Assembly (NCBI RefSeq): GCF_009914755.1
Contig: NC_060938.1
Source: the human T2T-CHM13v2.0 reference genome, Homo sapiens
Reading direction: 5' to 3' (one strand)
DNA: 64,000 nucleotides
Positions 14,301 through 28,997 of this stretch are shown here, in pieces; position 1 is the first letter of the stretch; the number at the start of each line of letters is the position of its first letter. The notes under the pieces are model-generated. The model made no database searches, was not told the DNA's origin, and saw only the letters and a list, made by a program, of their open reading frames with translations. Both the position numbers and the translations under genes were made by a program.

Positions 14301-16691
14301 TTCAGTAGTGATGAAATCCCTCAGCATTTGCTTGGGAAAGACTGTATTTCTCCTTCATTTATGAAGAATAATTTTGCTGGATGTAGTACCCTTGGGTAGG
14401 AGTAGTTTTTTCTTTCAGCACTTTGAATATATCATCCTATTCTCTCCTGGTGTGTAAAGTATCTGCTGAGAAGTCAACTGTTAGTCCAATAGGGGCTCCT
14501 TTATAAGTGACCAGATGCTTTTCTCTGGCTACTTTTAGAATCTTCTCTGTCATTGACAGAGAAAGCAGATCTAGCCTATCATTGAAGCTTTCAAGTATAT
14601 TTTATCTTTCATTCCAGGAGTTCTCCAGTCCCAGAATTTCTATTTAGTCCTTTTTAATGATATTTATCTCTTTGTTACATGTCTCATTCATATTCTGAAT
14701 TGTTTTTCTTATTTCTTTGTATCGTTTTTCAGAATTCTTTTGTATCTCACTGAGCTTATTTAGTATCACACTTTTGAATTCTGTTTTCAGAATTTCATGA
14801 ATTTCTTTTTGATTGGCATCTGTTGCTGGGAAATTATTGTGTTCTTGAGGTGTCATATTTCCTTGCTTTTTCATGTTTCCTGCATCCTTAAATTGATATC
14901 TGTGCATCTGCTGTAGTAGTAATTTCTTTCAATTTTTAAAATTTGCTTTCATATGGGAGGACTTTTTCCTGAAGATGTATCAATAATGTTGCTTGGATAG
15001 GGCCCTTTGGGCTTTGATTCTGGGCGTGTGCAGTAGTGTAGTCTCTGCATGATTTCTTTGACTGTAGATGGCATGAATGATATCTGTGATTTCTTTGGTT
15101 GTTTAGGGTGCATTTATTAGTAGAGGCTGTGATGAAGTTTTGCTGAGGACAAAGCTGCCAGGTGGGCCAGTCTTCAGGCCTCAGTGGTGGCAGCAGTGGG
15201 CTGAGTATACTTGTTCTTAGCCCCAGGGTGACATTTGCTAGCACTGGTGTTAGTGGGACCAGGCAGGTCAATTCTTGAGCCTCCAGGTGGCTCACTCAAA
15301 TACTGGCAGTGGCAGTGGTGGGCCAGGAGGGTGAATGAGTTCTGAGATACCTAGGCAGCTGGCGTGGTATGGGTGCTGGCAGTAGCAGTGGGAGGATGAT
15401 TCTCTGGGTCTGAGTAGTGTGCACTGGTGTTGGCAGTGGCTGTGATATGAGGTCACCATCCACAGCCCCAGACATGTAGCTGACAGGCTTGCCTGCTCTT
15501 GGTGGCAGCAGCGCAGCAGCACCGCAGCACCACATAGAAGTGGGAAGGGACCCTGTCTTTTGCCCATAAGCCTGGGCATGAAAGCCACATTGCCAGTTGG
15601 GGCGTGGTTGCCACTCACAGCCCCAGACAGGCAGCCTTTTGTCTTGCCTGTCCTAGCTCCTGGTGGCAGCAGCAGTGGCTACAGCTGCAGCAGTGTGACA
15701 AAGGGGAGAGAAGGTCCTGCTGTCTATGGGCAAGCCTGAGCACAGAGGCTGCTCTGCTGGTGGGGGTGGGGTCACTTCTCTCAGCCCCAGACTGTCAGCT
15801 CTCAGGATTATCCACCTCGGCTCCTGGTTGCAGCAACTGCTGTGGCAGTATGTGGAGGTAGGGAGGGGTTCTCACTCTCTGCTTGTAAGCCTGAGCACAG
15901 AGTTTGTGCTGCTGCTGGGGGCAGGATTGCTTCTCACAGCCCCAGACAGGGAAGCTCTCAGGCTCTAGAAAGCATACACTTTATTTTCCTTTGTCCGGGG
16001 CTGCCTTTTTTGTGCAGTGCAATTTTCCAGGATTTCATGGATTTCTTTTTGATTGGGATCTGTTGTTGCGGAGTAGTACTCCCTGTGAGCTAGAGTACTG
16101 GGGACCCTACAGCACCTTTGGGGCCAGCCAGTGCTGTGCCACTGTAGCCCTCTGGGTGGACACTGGGGGATGTCAGTGAAGGCTCCTGGGATGTGGACAG
16201 ATGGGAGCTGTAGTTCCCAGGGCAGGATGCAGTCTCATGATGGCTGTGCTCTCCCAGTAGTGCCCTGTTGCAGCTGCTTAGGTCTCAGGGGGTGTGAGTG
16301 ACCCAGTATGAATTCCCTGTCAGTGTAATGTCCTTGCAGGGTCTGCAGGTCATTCCCCATGCTAGCATCAGGGTTTGTGTGGTTAGAGGAGCTTCCCATG
16401 GCTGGGGTTACAGTAGTTTGTTGTGGGGAGAATTGGACCACTGATGTTCTCTCACTTACCCTTCCCCACAATAGCGAGCACCTCTGGCTCCCAACTTCTC
16501 CTGACTGAGCTGGCCACTCGCTTCCTTCTCCTCTGTGCCTCAGGCGCTTGCTGAGACTTCTCTGTTGGACTCTAGTGCTCTCTCCTGGATGTTCTATTCG
16601 AGGTGTGCTTATCTCTTCATAATTTTGGGTCTTCTTTCTGGAGAGGGTGAGTGTCCAATGTCTCTAGTCAGCCATCTTGAACCTGAATCCT

Positions 16692-18540
16692 CAATAGAGT
16701 ATTTCTATTTTAAGACTGGGGAGAGTATATGGATTTTAAGAACTTTTGCAGTAATCATATTGGTGGTAATATTAATATGATTATTCTGAGATTTGTGTGT
16801 GTGTAGTATGAGGTAAAAACAAGTGAGTAATTATGGAATATACTAATTCCATGATCCTCTGCATCTTTGAGAACCAGAATTCTCATATAGCAAAAGGAGA
16901 TACAGATATAATAGAAAACAGGTTACATAAAATTGAGTTGAACTTGGAATGATCAATGTGGATGCATCAGGCATTTTATTTATATTTTCTAATTCTACCT
17001 ACTGTATAGGCCTGAAAACAATGATCAACCCAGAAGGAATGAGTATCCTTTGTGCGTGCACAGATTGTGGAACAATCTACAATTCTCACCACAATTTCTC
17101 ATTTACAAAAAAGGGCTTCTTAGAGAAATGGTTGATTCCAGGACTTAGGCAAGAAATGAATATGACAAGCCTGGAATGTCTTATATTATCAGAAAGAAAA
17201 CTACTAGGGTCTCATTGTATATTACTAGGGGCATGTCAAAAGGATTCAGAGGACAGGTTTAAAGCACTTCTAAGCCAAAGATGGGACAATTTGAGCTCCA
17301 ATAATGATAATAATTAAAACAGATTGAAGCCTATAAAAATGTTTATATTGAAAAGTTTATAATGATTATATGTGAGAGTGTGAGTGTGTGTGTGTGTGTG
17401 TCTGTGTGTCTGTGTGTGTGTATGTGAGACCTTTGGAGAATAACAAGGAAACAATTCATTATCTTGAAAACTGGTGAATAAAGGGAGGAAATCCAACACT
17501 TATCCTGCCTTTTCTATGTGAACTTGGTAACAAACAAGTAAATGAGAGTAAGTGTCTCCTTAGAAAGGTAATCCAACAAATAAATGAAAATAAAATGACG
17601 GAACTTTAACATCACCATTTGGCAATCTCTAGTTAATGGCTATAAGCATTAAACATCAATGGCTACTAAGATCATAAAAAGAAATAATTAGAAATCATAT
17701 GCCTCATAGTCTTGAACCTAAGTCTGACTCAGTCTCTGGATCCAGCTGCCAATTTTCGGAAATTCAGAGGACAGATGAACTTCTTGGGTTGCACGAAGAA
17801 TATGCGATTAGCAAAATCCAGAATGCGGGACACTCTATGGGTCAAATGGCCCAGGTTCTTTAACTGAAAAAGTATGAGGAAATGAGGGGATGGAGGAAGA
17901 ACTTACAGAATAAGAGACATTTACAAGACATGTAATTTTTTTAACCAAGTAACACTAACAGATAATATGTAGGGATGCATATCTGAGTGACAAACTGCTT
18001 TTTTTTCTTTTTTTTTTTTTGAGACGGAGTCTCACTCTGTCACCCAGGCTGGAGTGCAGTGGCACAATCTCGGCTCACTGCAACCTCTGCCTCCCAGGTT
18101 CAAGCAATTCTCTGCCTCAGCCTCCAGAGTAGCTGGGATTACAGGCACCCACCACCACACCCAGCTAATTTTTGTATTTTTAGTAGAGTCTGGGTTTCAC
18201 CATCTTGGCCAGGCTGGTCTTGAACTCCTGACCTCATGATCCACCCGCTTCGGCCTCCCAAAGTGCTGGGATTATAGGCATGAGACACCACGCCCGGCCG
18301 ACAAAACTATTTTTAAAAAGCAAGAAAGTTATTATTATAAAAGCCAGATGGTGATTACTTATGTGGGAAGAGGAAGAGTTGTGACTGGGATGGGACACAT
18401 GGAAGCAGCTTCTGGAGCTGCTGGCAATATCCTACTTCTTGACAAAGGTGGTGTTCACCTTATCATAATTTCTTGAGTTACAAATTTGTTCTAAGTGATT
18501 TTTCTGTCTTCATCTTTTGTTTTACAATAAAATAAGTTTA
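16692..18540 (+). mobile_element. 3' region of the old L1MC-like element begun at 4930; contains an Alu at 17999-18299 (-) and (GT)n at ~17370-17425
   Basis: aattcattatcttgaaaactgg, atcctacttcttgac and terminal acaataaaa are L1MC-type 3'UTR motifs. Confidence 0.7.
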
Positions 18541-18589
18541 AATATTATTCCAGATGGATTTTTGGCTTGTATCAACTTTGCACCCCTAA

Positions 18590-19707
18590 CCTATGTACTA
18601 TTGTGTGCAATTCCTGACAGCTCTGCTCTCATAGTCCCTTGATGTCCCATGGTCAGGTGCTCAGTCTCTATTAAGGGCCAATAGCAAGCCAGAAGCTGCT
18701 TTTGAAACAATGTCTAATTCTCTGCTGTTGTTCTGGAACACTGGAGGTCCAGTTCTTCTACTGACACTTTCCAGAGACTGCGTAGCATCCCTCATCCACC
18801 ACAGATACCTCTAGCACCACAGAATTTGCTGGCTTATAGCCTATGTGTCAGGGCTGCTTGTACCACAGCCTAAATCTGCTGCAGATCTCTTTCTCCGGAC
18901 GCTGTTCAAAACTGGCAGTCTTTGGAGTCAAATGGATTGACAAATGGGTTGGATTCCCAAATTTGCATATTATCTAAAAATCTGAAGAGGGCTACCATTC
19001 ACTGTGCCTCTTTCTTAGCAGTAGGATGTGCAAGGTGCAATAAATTGTTCTTTACCTTGGATAGGATGTCTCTGCATGACCGAGGCCAATGGGACCCTGA
19101 TAATTTCATTGATGGGACAGGTCTCTGAATCATGCCACATGGTCTCTCTTTCACTTTCTGATGCACATCTATCTTGCCAGCACATTTAGAGTACTTACCA
19201 TTTAGTGCCCCCATTTCCTACCACCAGTTTCATTAATAAGATGTCATCAATATAACTGACCAATATCATGTTTTGTGGAATGTCCACACAATCAAAGTCT
19301 CTTTGGACTACATTGCAACAGAGAGCAGGAGAGTTAATATAGCCCTACGACAAGACTGTTAATGTGTATTGATATCTGTTACAAATGAATATGAATTGCT
19401 TCTGATCTTTTTTCCTGGTAAGGATTTAAAAGACTGCTTTCAGCCTGTAATCCCAGCACTTTAGGAGACCGAGGCGGTGGATCACTTGAGGTCAGGAGTT
19501 TGAGACCAGCCAGGCCAACATGTTGAAACCCCGTCTCTACTGAAAATATAAAAAATTAGCCAGGCATGGTGGTACGTACCTGTAGTCCCAGCTTCTTAGA
19601 AGTGTGAGGCAGGAGAATCGCTTGAACTTGGGAGGCGGAGGTTGCAAGTGAGCCGAGATCGCGCCACTGCACTCCAGCCTGGGTGACAGAGTGAGACTCC
19701 ATCTCAA

Positions 19708-19753
<46 letters not shown>

Positions 19754-20025
19754 GTAAAAAAGACTGCACTCTCTAGATTAATAGCTACATACTATATGCC
19801 AGAAGTTGTCAGTCTATCCCATTAAAGATAGCAAATTGTGGTGCAGCAGCTCTGATTGGGGCTACCACTTAGTTAAATTCATAGCAGTCCACTGTTTTGC
19901 CATGATTTGTATGATTTTTTTCAGAGACTCAACTGGTACATCACATAAAGATGATGAGAGCACCACCCTGCATCTTTCATATTTTTGAGTATGTCACTAC
20001 TCTCTACCATTTCTCCCAGGATGTA
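18590..20025 (-). mobile_element. ERVL-class internal (pol RT) fragment, interrupted by an Alu at 19441-19755 (+; (AAT)n tail, TSD aaaagactgc)
   Basis: Minus-strand peptide CRDILSKVKNNLLHLAHPTAKKEAQ and YIDDI-like ttatattgatgacatc. Confidence 0.8.
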
Positions 20026-20385
20026 GTTATTACTTCTGATTTACAAATACTTTACTGATAAATTATTCTCTACCTTAATTTTCAAGTCATATGTATGTCC
20101 TATTGGAATTACTGTGAACAAAATCTATTCCAGGCTTTAACCACTCATAAACTTCTAAATATTCTGCAATACTGTAAGATTCAATGAGATTTTAAGAAAC
20201 TAAAGGTATAGTTTAAGTTTATTGGTTCATTTACTATAAATAGTTGAACATGCCATATTCCACAGTTCTAGAAGAATTTGTTTTGGTACTTTGAACTATT
20301 CTCTTTTTTGCCACATATTATGATGTGATTGATAACTGTTTTTCTTTCTTGGAAAATATTTGAGTTGTTTAAAAGTGACTTACTT

Positions 20386-20629
<244 letters not shown>

Positions 20630-21194
20630 TTACTGATTAGAGTGAATGCTACTCCTGATATTATTGCTATTTATCCCTCCAGATCCAGCATTTTTTGAAT
20701 TTGAACACCTCAGAAACTTTTTATTCTATTATTCTTTTTTCTTCTAATAATAAGGCTATCCATTTTAAGAAAAATTTGTACCAGTTCTGTCATAGTGTTA
20801 CAATTGTCATAATAGAAAAATGTCATGTTTCCTAACATCCCTTCTGAAAAGCACAGTGAAAGTTTTTAATGAAACTTCTTTGAAAGCCTTGAAAATCCTA
20901 ATGTTCTTGCTAACAGTGGAAATGCTTCCAGAGTTCTCTTCATAACTTAAACCACAGAACGTTCAACATTAAATCTCCCATTACAGTGATCAGATTGACC
21001 ATCACATTTCAAAAAATCAAAAAAGATGGCAGTGAACAAAATATTGAATAACTTTCTCAGCTAATGTGTGTGTTTATCACATCGCCCTCACTGTTTCTCT
21101 CAGACCATTCGCAGTAGTTGGCGTAGTCGTTGCAATATGCACATTTCTTACTCAGAATTCTTGTTTTTCACTCTGAGATTTTCTGTTCTACCAC

Positions 21195-23270
21195 AGTAGA
21201 TGCCAGCTTCCAAGATGATCCCCAGTGGTTTTCACCTTTTGGTATTCACATTCTTGTGTAGTACCTCTCACATTGAATGGGACTGACTTGTCTAGCCAAT
21301 AGGATATTACACAAATGAAGTGTGACTGCTGAGGCCAGCTCATAAAAAATAAAATAGCTTATATGCTAGTATCTCTTGGATCACTCACTTTGCCGGAAGC
21401 TGGCTGCTGTGTCACGCAGACACTCATGCAGGCCTATGGAAAGGTCCACATGGAGAGAAACTGAAATCTTCTGCCAAGAGGTCAACTTTTCAGTGTCGTG
21501 AGTGGGTCGTCTTGGAAGCGGATCCTCTAGACTCAGTCAAGTCTCCAGATGACTGCAGCCCAGTTACCACCTTTACTGCAACCCCACGAGAGACCTTAAG
21601 TCTGAACCATTCATTAAACTGCTTTAGAATTCCTGACTCACAGAAAATGTGTGAGAAAATACATACTCGTTTCTACTTTAAGAAGCTAAATTTGGAGGTG
21701 GCTTGTTACTCAGTGATAGATAACTAATACTGATTGTGGTGCCCAGAAGTGGGGAGCTGCTACACCGAAAACCTAAAATGTGGGAGTGGTTTTTAAACTA
21801 GGTTAACGGGTAGAAGCCAGGACTGTCGGGAGAGTTGTAGTGACATCTGAAATGATTTGAAAAGTTTGTTAGTATTTGCCCGATGACTTCTGAAAAAGCT
21901 AAGGGTGAGGAATTAAAGAAAAGTGAGAAGAACATTATTAGAAATTGGAGAGAAGGGGATTCTTGTTATATAGTGGCAGAAAGTTGAGTAATTGTTGTCT
22001 GTGGTAACATAAAGATTAGACAACTGACTGGACATGGTGTCTCATACCTGTAATCCCAGCATTTTTGGAGGCCGAGGTGGGAATATCACTTGAGTCCAGG
22101 AATTTGAGACTAGCCTGGGCAACATAGTGAGACCCTACCTTTAGAAAAAATAATAAAGATTAGTGGATATGGTGGTGTATGCCTTTAGTTCCAGCTTCTC
22201 TGGCTGAGGTGGGAGGATCACTTGAACCAGGGAGGCTGAGTCTGCAGGAGCCATGATTGTGTCCCTGCACTCCAGCCTGGGTGAGAGAGCAATACCCTGT
22301 CTAAAAAAATGAAAATAAATGAAATTAAAAATTGAAGAAGTAGAAAACTTGTCTAATGAACTGGGTGATCTAGTTAAGGAGATTTCTAGGGAGTGTTGAA
22401 GATACTTCTGGCTGCTTTTTGTTGCTTATAATAACAAGAGAAAGGACATAAGCTAAAGGAAGGAATATTAGATGTAAAGGAGCCCGGATTTGATGTCTCC
22501 AGCCTTTCCAAAAACAAATGGTACTAAAATTAAGAAATGGCTTCTGAACAAAGATAAAATCTATGGCACTACAGATAAAGCCATGGGTATAAGTTTAAAA
22601 TCTTCTGTTAAGATCTCAGAAAGATCTAGAGAAGTGTCTCAGAGAATTCCAAGGAGCTTAAGGATTTGGTACTTCAGCAGTCTCAGGAGAAGCCCCAGGT
22701 AGAGAAAGCTCATCTTCAGAGACTTGTGGGCATAGCTTTGTCTAATAGAATGAATCCCACTAAGGCTTATAGGAGACCCACAAATATTTTAAGATAATTT
22801 TTTTTGACAGAAACACCTGAAAGAGGTAGAGACAGTACAAAAGGAAAAGAGGCCTTTGCACCCCAATTTCTATGACAAAAATCAATCTGAAGACATTTCA
22901 AATAGGGCTGTCTTTCACAGAAAGGAAGGATGAATCAGAAAGCCAAGCTAAGGTCTCAGAGAGCCAAGCCAGGACTTGAGAGTTATTCTCAGGCAGGAAT
23001 GGGATTGAATCCTAATCACAGAACTCCAAATATTTGCTATGCTGGATTTTAGAATGGCTATGGACCAGTTATTTCCATGTGCTTCCCATTTTCTCCTTTT
23101 TTGGAACAGATGTGTCTATATCACTTTTGGTATGCCTGTCCCACAATTGTGTGTTAGGTGCATGCAGGGCAGATAACTTGACTCTCTAGATTGAGAAGAA
23201 GTATATTTGAGGAGCTGCACTAAAGGAACTACATCCAAAGATCCAAATTCTGGACTTCAGGTTGGTTCTT
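21195..23270 (+). mobile_element. MLT1-type MaLR LTR (~21195-21731) plus MLT1-internal sequence; AluJ at ~22025-22330
   Basis: LTR end gttactcagtgatagataactaatac followed by PBS-like tggtgcccagaagtgggg and MaLR-internal motifs. Confidence 0.8.
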
Positions 23271-23578
23271 CAAAGTAATGAAGGACTGCTTAAAAAAATT
23301 AAACTGTTGATTTTGAGATTCACATTCTGTAGTAAGAAATAATACAGAGAGATCCTATGTACCCTTCACCAAGTTCCCCCAATGGTAACATCTTGCAAAA
23401 CTATTGTATAGTATCACAACCACGATATTGATATTTTCATCGCTATAAGGATCCCTTAGATTGCCCTTTTAGAGCCATACTTCTTCTCTTTTTACTCCAT
23501 CGTCTCTTTAGCCTCTGGCAACCACTAATCTGTTATCGGTTTCTATAATTTTGTCATTTCAAGAATGTTCTCTCTCTA

Positions 23579-23797
23579 TATGTATATATAACTATATATA
23601 TAACTATATATAACTATATATATAACTATATATAACTATATATATAACTATATATATAACTATATATATAACTATATATATAACTATATATATAACTATA
23701 TATATAACTATATATATAACTATATATATAACTATATATAACTATATATATAACTATATATAACTGTATATATAACTATATATATAACTATATATAT
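23579..23797. repeat. AT-rich minisatellite (TA)4-5AC, 10-12-bp unit, ~19 copies
   Basis: tatatataac / tatatatataac repeated. Confidence 0.97.
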
Positions 23798-23801
23798 TTA
23801 C

Positions 23802-24225
23802 TTTTTTTCTTTTTTTGAGATGAGTCTCACTCTGTTGCCCAGGCTGGAGTGCAATGGCGTGATCTGGGCTCATTGCAAACTCCCCTCCTGGGTTCAAACG
23901 ATTCTCCTGCCTCAGCCTCCAGAGTAGCTGGGATTACAGGCACTTGCCACCATGCCTGCTAATTTTTGTATTTTTAGTAGAGACAGGTTTTCACCATGCT
24001 GGCCAAGCTGGTCTCGAACTCCCAACCTCAGGCGATCTGCCTGCCTCAGCCTCCCAAAGTGCTGGGATTACAGGTGTGAGCCACCGTGCCCAGCCCTAAT
24101 TTTTGTATTTTTAGTAGAGATGGGGTTTCACCATAGGCTGGTCTCAAACTCCCGTCCTTAGGTGATCCGCCCACCTCAGCCTCTCAAAGTGCTGGGGTTA
24201 CAGCTGTGAGCCACCTTGCCCAGCC
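23802..24225 (-). mobile_element. Alu dimer plus an extra left monomer (trimer-like)
   Basis: A second taatttttgtatttttagtagagatgggg...gcccagcc block directly follows the first Alu 5' end. Confidence 0.88.
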
Positions 24226-24378
24226 AAGAATGTTACATAAATGGACTTATACAGTGTGTAACTTTTTGAGTTTGGCTTTTAAAACTCAGCATAGTTCTCT
24301 ATACCTTCATCCAGGTTATTGTGTGTATTAATAACTTGTTTCTCTTTTAATTGCTGAGTAATATTTTATGGTATAGAT

Positions 24379-24602
24379 CAGGCTTATCCAACAGGTGGCC
24401 TGCAGGCTGCATGTGGCCCAGGAAGGCTTTGAATGCTGCCTAACACAAATTTGTAAACTTTCTTAAAACATTATGAGATTTTTTTTGCGATTTTAAAAAA
24501 CCTCATCAGTTGTTGTTAGTGTTAGTGTGTTTTACGTGCGGCCCAAGACAATTCTTCGTCTTCTAATGTGGCCCAAGGAGGCCAAAAGATTGGACACCCC
24601 TG
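24379..24602. mobile_element. MER30-like hAT MITE
   Basis: TIRs caggcttatccaa / ttggacacccctg; perfect 8-bp TSD gtatagat. Confidence 0.9.
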
Positions 24603-26672
24603 GTATAGATGTAACACAGTTAAAAAAATTATCTTATTGGTTATTGTGAAGAAAGCTGCTATGCATATTCATGTACAGGTTTTTGTGTGAATCTGAATTT
24701 CATTTCTCTGTGACAATGCCCAGGAGTGCAGTTCCTGGGTTGTATGGTGGTTGCATGTTTAGCTTTTTAAGAAATTGCCAAACTATTTCAGTGTCTCTAC
24801 TATTTTACATTCTCACCAGCAATGTATCTGTGATCAGTTTCTCCACATTCTACTTGATGTTGTTTCTATTTTTATTTTAGCAATTCTGATAGACATGTAG
24901 TAATACTTAATTTTGGTTTTAATTTACATTTCCCTAATGACTGATGATATTGAAAAATAATTTTATTTATTTAAGATCTGTAAAATGTCTCTTCATGGGT
25001 TTTGCCCATTTTCTAATTGAATTGTTGTTTTCTTTCTTTCTTTCTTTTTTTTTTTGAGACAGAGTCTCCCTCTGTAGCCCAGGCTGGAGTGCAGTGGCAT
25101 GATCTCGGTTCACCGCAACCTCCGCTTCTCTGGTTCAAGTGATTCTCCTGCCTCAGCCTCCTGAGTAGCTGGGACTACAGGCACGCGCCACCACCCCTGG
25201 ATAGTTTTTGTATTTTTAGTAGAGACGGGGTTTCACTGTGATAGCTAGGATGGTCTCAATCTCCTGACATCGTCATCCGTCCACTTTGGCCTCCCAAAGT
25301 GCTGGGATTACAGGCGTGAGCCACTGCGCCGGCTGTTTTTGTTTTTTTTTTTTCCTTTACTGTTGAATTTTGAGATTTCTTTATATAGTCTGGGTATTAA
25401 CTTGTCCCTTGTCTTATATGTGGTTTGCAAATACTTTCTACCACTGTGTAGGTTGTCTTTCATTTTCTTAATAGAGTCACAGAAGGAGAAAAGAAAAGAG
25501 GCTGGGCTGAACAAGTGCTCAAAGAAATAATGGCCAAAAACACACACCAAATTGGCAAGAGACTTAAACCTACAAATGCAAGAAGCTGGTATCCAAACAG
25601 GTTGGATCCAAAGAAATCCACAGCAAGATACATTATAATTAAAATTCTGAAAGCTTAAGACAAATAAAAAAATATCGAAAGCATTCACAGAAAAATGATA
25701 ACTTACTTATTGGGGTAAGGGGAAGACAATTAGAATAACAGCAAAGGTCTCATCAGAAACCACGGAGGCCAGAAGAAAGCATCACAATATTTTTCAAGGG
25801 CTGAAATAAAATTACTGTCGACCCCTTAGGATACTGTCACTCAGTGAAAATATTTGTCAAGAGTGAAGGGGAAATGAAGATATTCTGAGATGAAGGAAAG
25901 CTATTTGTTGCCAACAGATTTACCCTAAACAGATTTACCCTAAAAGAAGGGCTAAAGAAAGTTCTCTAAATAGAAAGAAAATGATAAAAGAAGGACCATG
26001 GAACATCAGGAAGGAAGAAAGAGCATGGAAGAAAAAATATGGGGAAATAAAAGCCTTTCCTTCTCTTCTTGGTTTTTAAAATTATGCTTGATGGTTGAAG
26101 TAATAATTATAACACTTTCAAATGTGGTTCTAAATGTATATAGAGGAAATATTTAAGACAATTATAAATGGGGGAGGGTAAAGGGACATAAGGGAGGTAA
26201 GATTTTTCTTCAACACCAGTAGATTGGATATGTTATGTATATATAATGTAGTACTCAAGCAACCAGTAAAAAAAAAATCTATACAAAGAGGTACATTCCA
26301 AATATTATAGATAAATTAAAATGGAATTCTAAAAAAAGGTGTAACACATAGTAAATCAGGAAAAATAAAACAGAGAAATAAAGAACAAAGAGAACAATCA
26401 GAAAACAAAAATAAAATGGCAGACGTAAGCCCTAACATATAAATAATTATGTAAAATATAAATAGTTAAAATACACCAATTAAAAGACAGAGATTAGCAG
26501 AATGAATTACAAAACAGGACCCAATCTACTAAGCTTTTTATTTTGTTTATTTTTCGGTTCTAAAATTTCCATTTGAGGCCGGGCACGGTGGCTCACGCCT
26601 GTAATCCCAGCACTTTGGGAGGCTGAGGCAGGTGGATCACTTGAGGTCAAGAGTTAGAGACCAGCCTGGTCA

Positions 26673-26897
<225 letters not shown>

Positions 26898-26921
26898 TTA
26901 TAACATCGATTTCTTTGCTGA

Positions 26922-26952
<31 letters not shown>

Positions 26953-26954
26953 GA

Positions 26955-27113
<159 letters not shown>

Positions 27114-27115
27114 TA

Positions 27116-27256
<141 letters not shown>

Positions 27257-28997
27257 TCAAGTGTGTTTTTTAACTGGTCAGTGAGGCATTTTTATCATGG
27301 CTGCTTTAATCTTTGTCAGACAATTCTAACATCTCTGTATCTCAATGTGGGCATCTATTGGTTATCTTTTCTCATTCAGTCTGAGCTTTTCCTGATTATT
27401 GATATGATGAATGATTTTCTGTTGAAACCTGGACATTTTCATATTGTGTTATGACACTCTGGATCTTATTTAAACCTTTTATTTTAGCTGATTTATGATT
27501 ATTATTTTTTTTTACTAACACTGCTCTGGCAGGGAAACACTGTGTTATTACTGCCATGTAGGGGTAGAAGTCCAAGTTTCCCACTTGGCGTTTGTTGACA
27601 CTTGTGTGTGGGAACTCCTCATTACTGCTGGGCAAGGGTGGGAGTTATGGCTTCTTACATAGTTTGCACTATACCATGATAGGAGTGGCCTCATTAGTGC
27701 TGGGCGATGGTGGAAGACCTGACTCTCCACTAGGCCTCCTGTCACTCCATCCCTGTGGGAGTACTGAGGTGCTTTGTTACATTTTCTTTTCTTTCCTTTT
27801 TTTTTTGAGACAGTCTTGCCCGGTCACCCAGGCTGGAGTGCAGTGGCGTGCTCATGGCTCACTGCAGCCTCAAATTCCCGGGTTCAGGTGATCCTCTCAC
27901 TCAGCCTCCCTAGTAGCTGGGACTATAAGCATGTGCCACCACACCCAACTAATTTTTTGTATTTTTTTGGTAGAGATGGCATTTCACTATTTTGGCCAGG
28001 CTGGTCTCAAACTTCTGGGCTCAAGCGATCTGCCCACCTTGGCCTCTCAAAGTGCTGGGATTACAGGTGTGAACCACCGCGCCTGGCCAGTTAAATTTTC
28101 TTGAGAATGGAAGTCTAGGCTTTTACTAGCATGGGTTGGGGTGAGGTTACAGCTTTTTCTGTGGTGTTTGGTTAAAGTAGAGCGGTTATGGTTTAAAGCT
28201 GTCTGTCTTGCTTGGCTGCCTTTTTGCTGGTCCTTTGGCAAGAGAGAGGTTTTTGTTGGGGCTTTTGTTATCTGTACCCATTGGCAATTGTGAGTTGCCA
28301 GTTTCTTCAGCTGCAAGTGTGGGATATGAGGCACAAAGGAAAACCCAAGAAATTCACCATCATGTTGCTCCTTAGATCCCAAGAACCTAGTCTGTCTTTT
28401 TTTTCCCACCTTTCAGAGTCATCTTATATTTGTTTTAGATCTAGTGTTTGAAGTTTTCAGTTGCAGTTAGTGGGAGGAATAGGAAAAATTACATCTACTC
28501 TAGCTTACTGGAAGTAGAAGTCTCCAGGGCTCTCTCTGAACTTCATGAAAGGAAAATGAGTTTTTATGATGCACCTTTATACATTTTTGTCTTTTTGGTT
28601 TGAATACTTTGGTTGCAATACAGAGCATGTTAACGTTTACTTATTTTCTCAATTCTTGCTATTCATTAAAACAGATAATAATAACTATAACTCAGTTAAA
28701 ACAAGTAGGAATACACTAGTTCTTTGGATGATCCATGTTATTTCTGATTGTTTTAATATTTATTTGTATGGGTTCAGAGAAGAGGATGAGAGTGTCTGAG
28801 AGGTATACGCAGTCTCATTCTGGCTCCCAAGGTATTTTTAGGAATCTTACACCTAGCAAAAAGTCTTTTCCACCACTAAATTATATCCCCAAAGTCTTAT
28901 CAAATATATTTTCTAATTGAAAAGTTTAACACAGGCTTCACCTTATGAATGACTAGCAGGTATTGGGAAACTCAGAGATACAGACAGTACAGGCAGC

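Noticed and set aside
11568-14907. RT/endonuclease/ORF1-like ORFs
   Set aside because: Frameshifted fragments of a dead L1MA, not a functional CDS
14950-16690. GC-richer stretch with many overlapping ORFs, resembling a gene or promoter
   Set aside because: Position and terminus identify it as the L1 5'UTR; CpG-depleted
21119-21129. tggcgtagtcg, resembling the start of a tRNA-Ser PBS
   Set aside because: Only 11 nt and no LTR end immediately upstream
23579-23797. Regular short repeats as a CRISPR-like array
   Set aside because: No unique spacers; eukaryotic minisatellite
25914-25944. 15-bp tandem duplication aacagatttacccta
   Set aside because: Ordinary slippage in a dead L1
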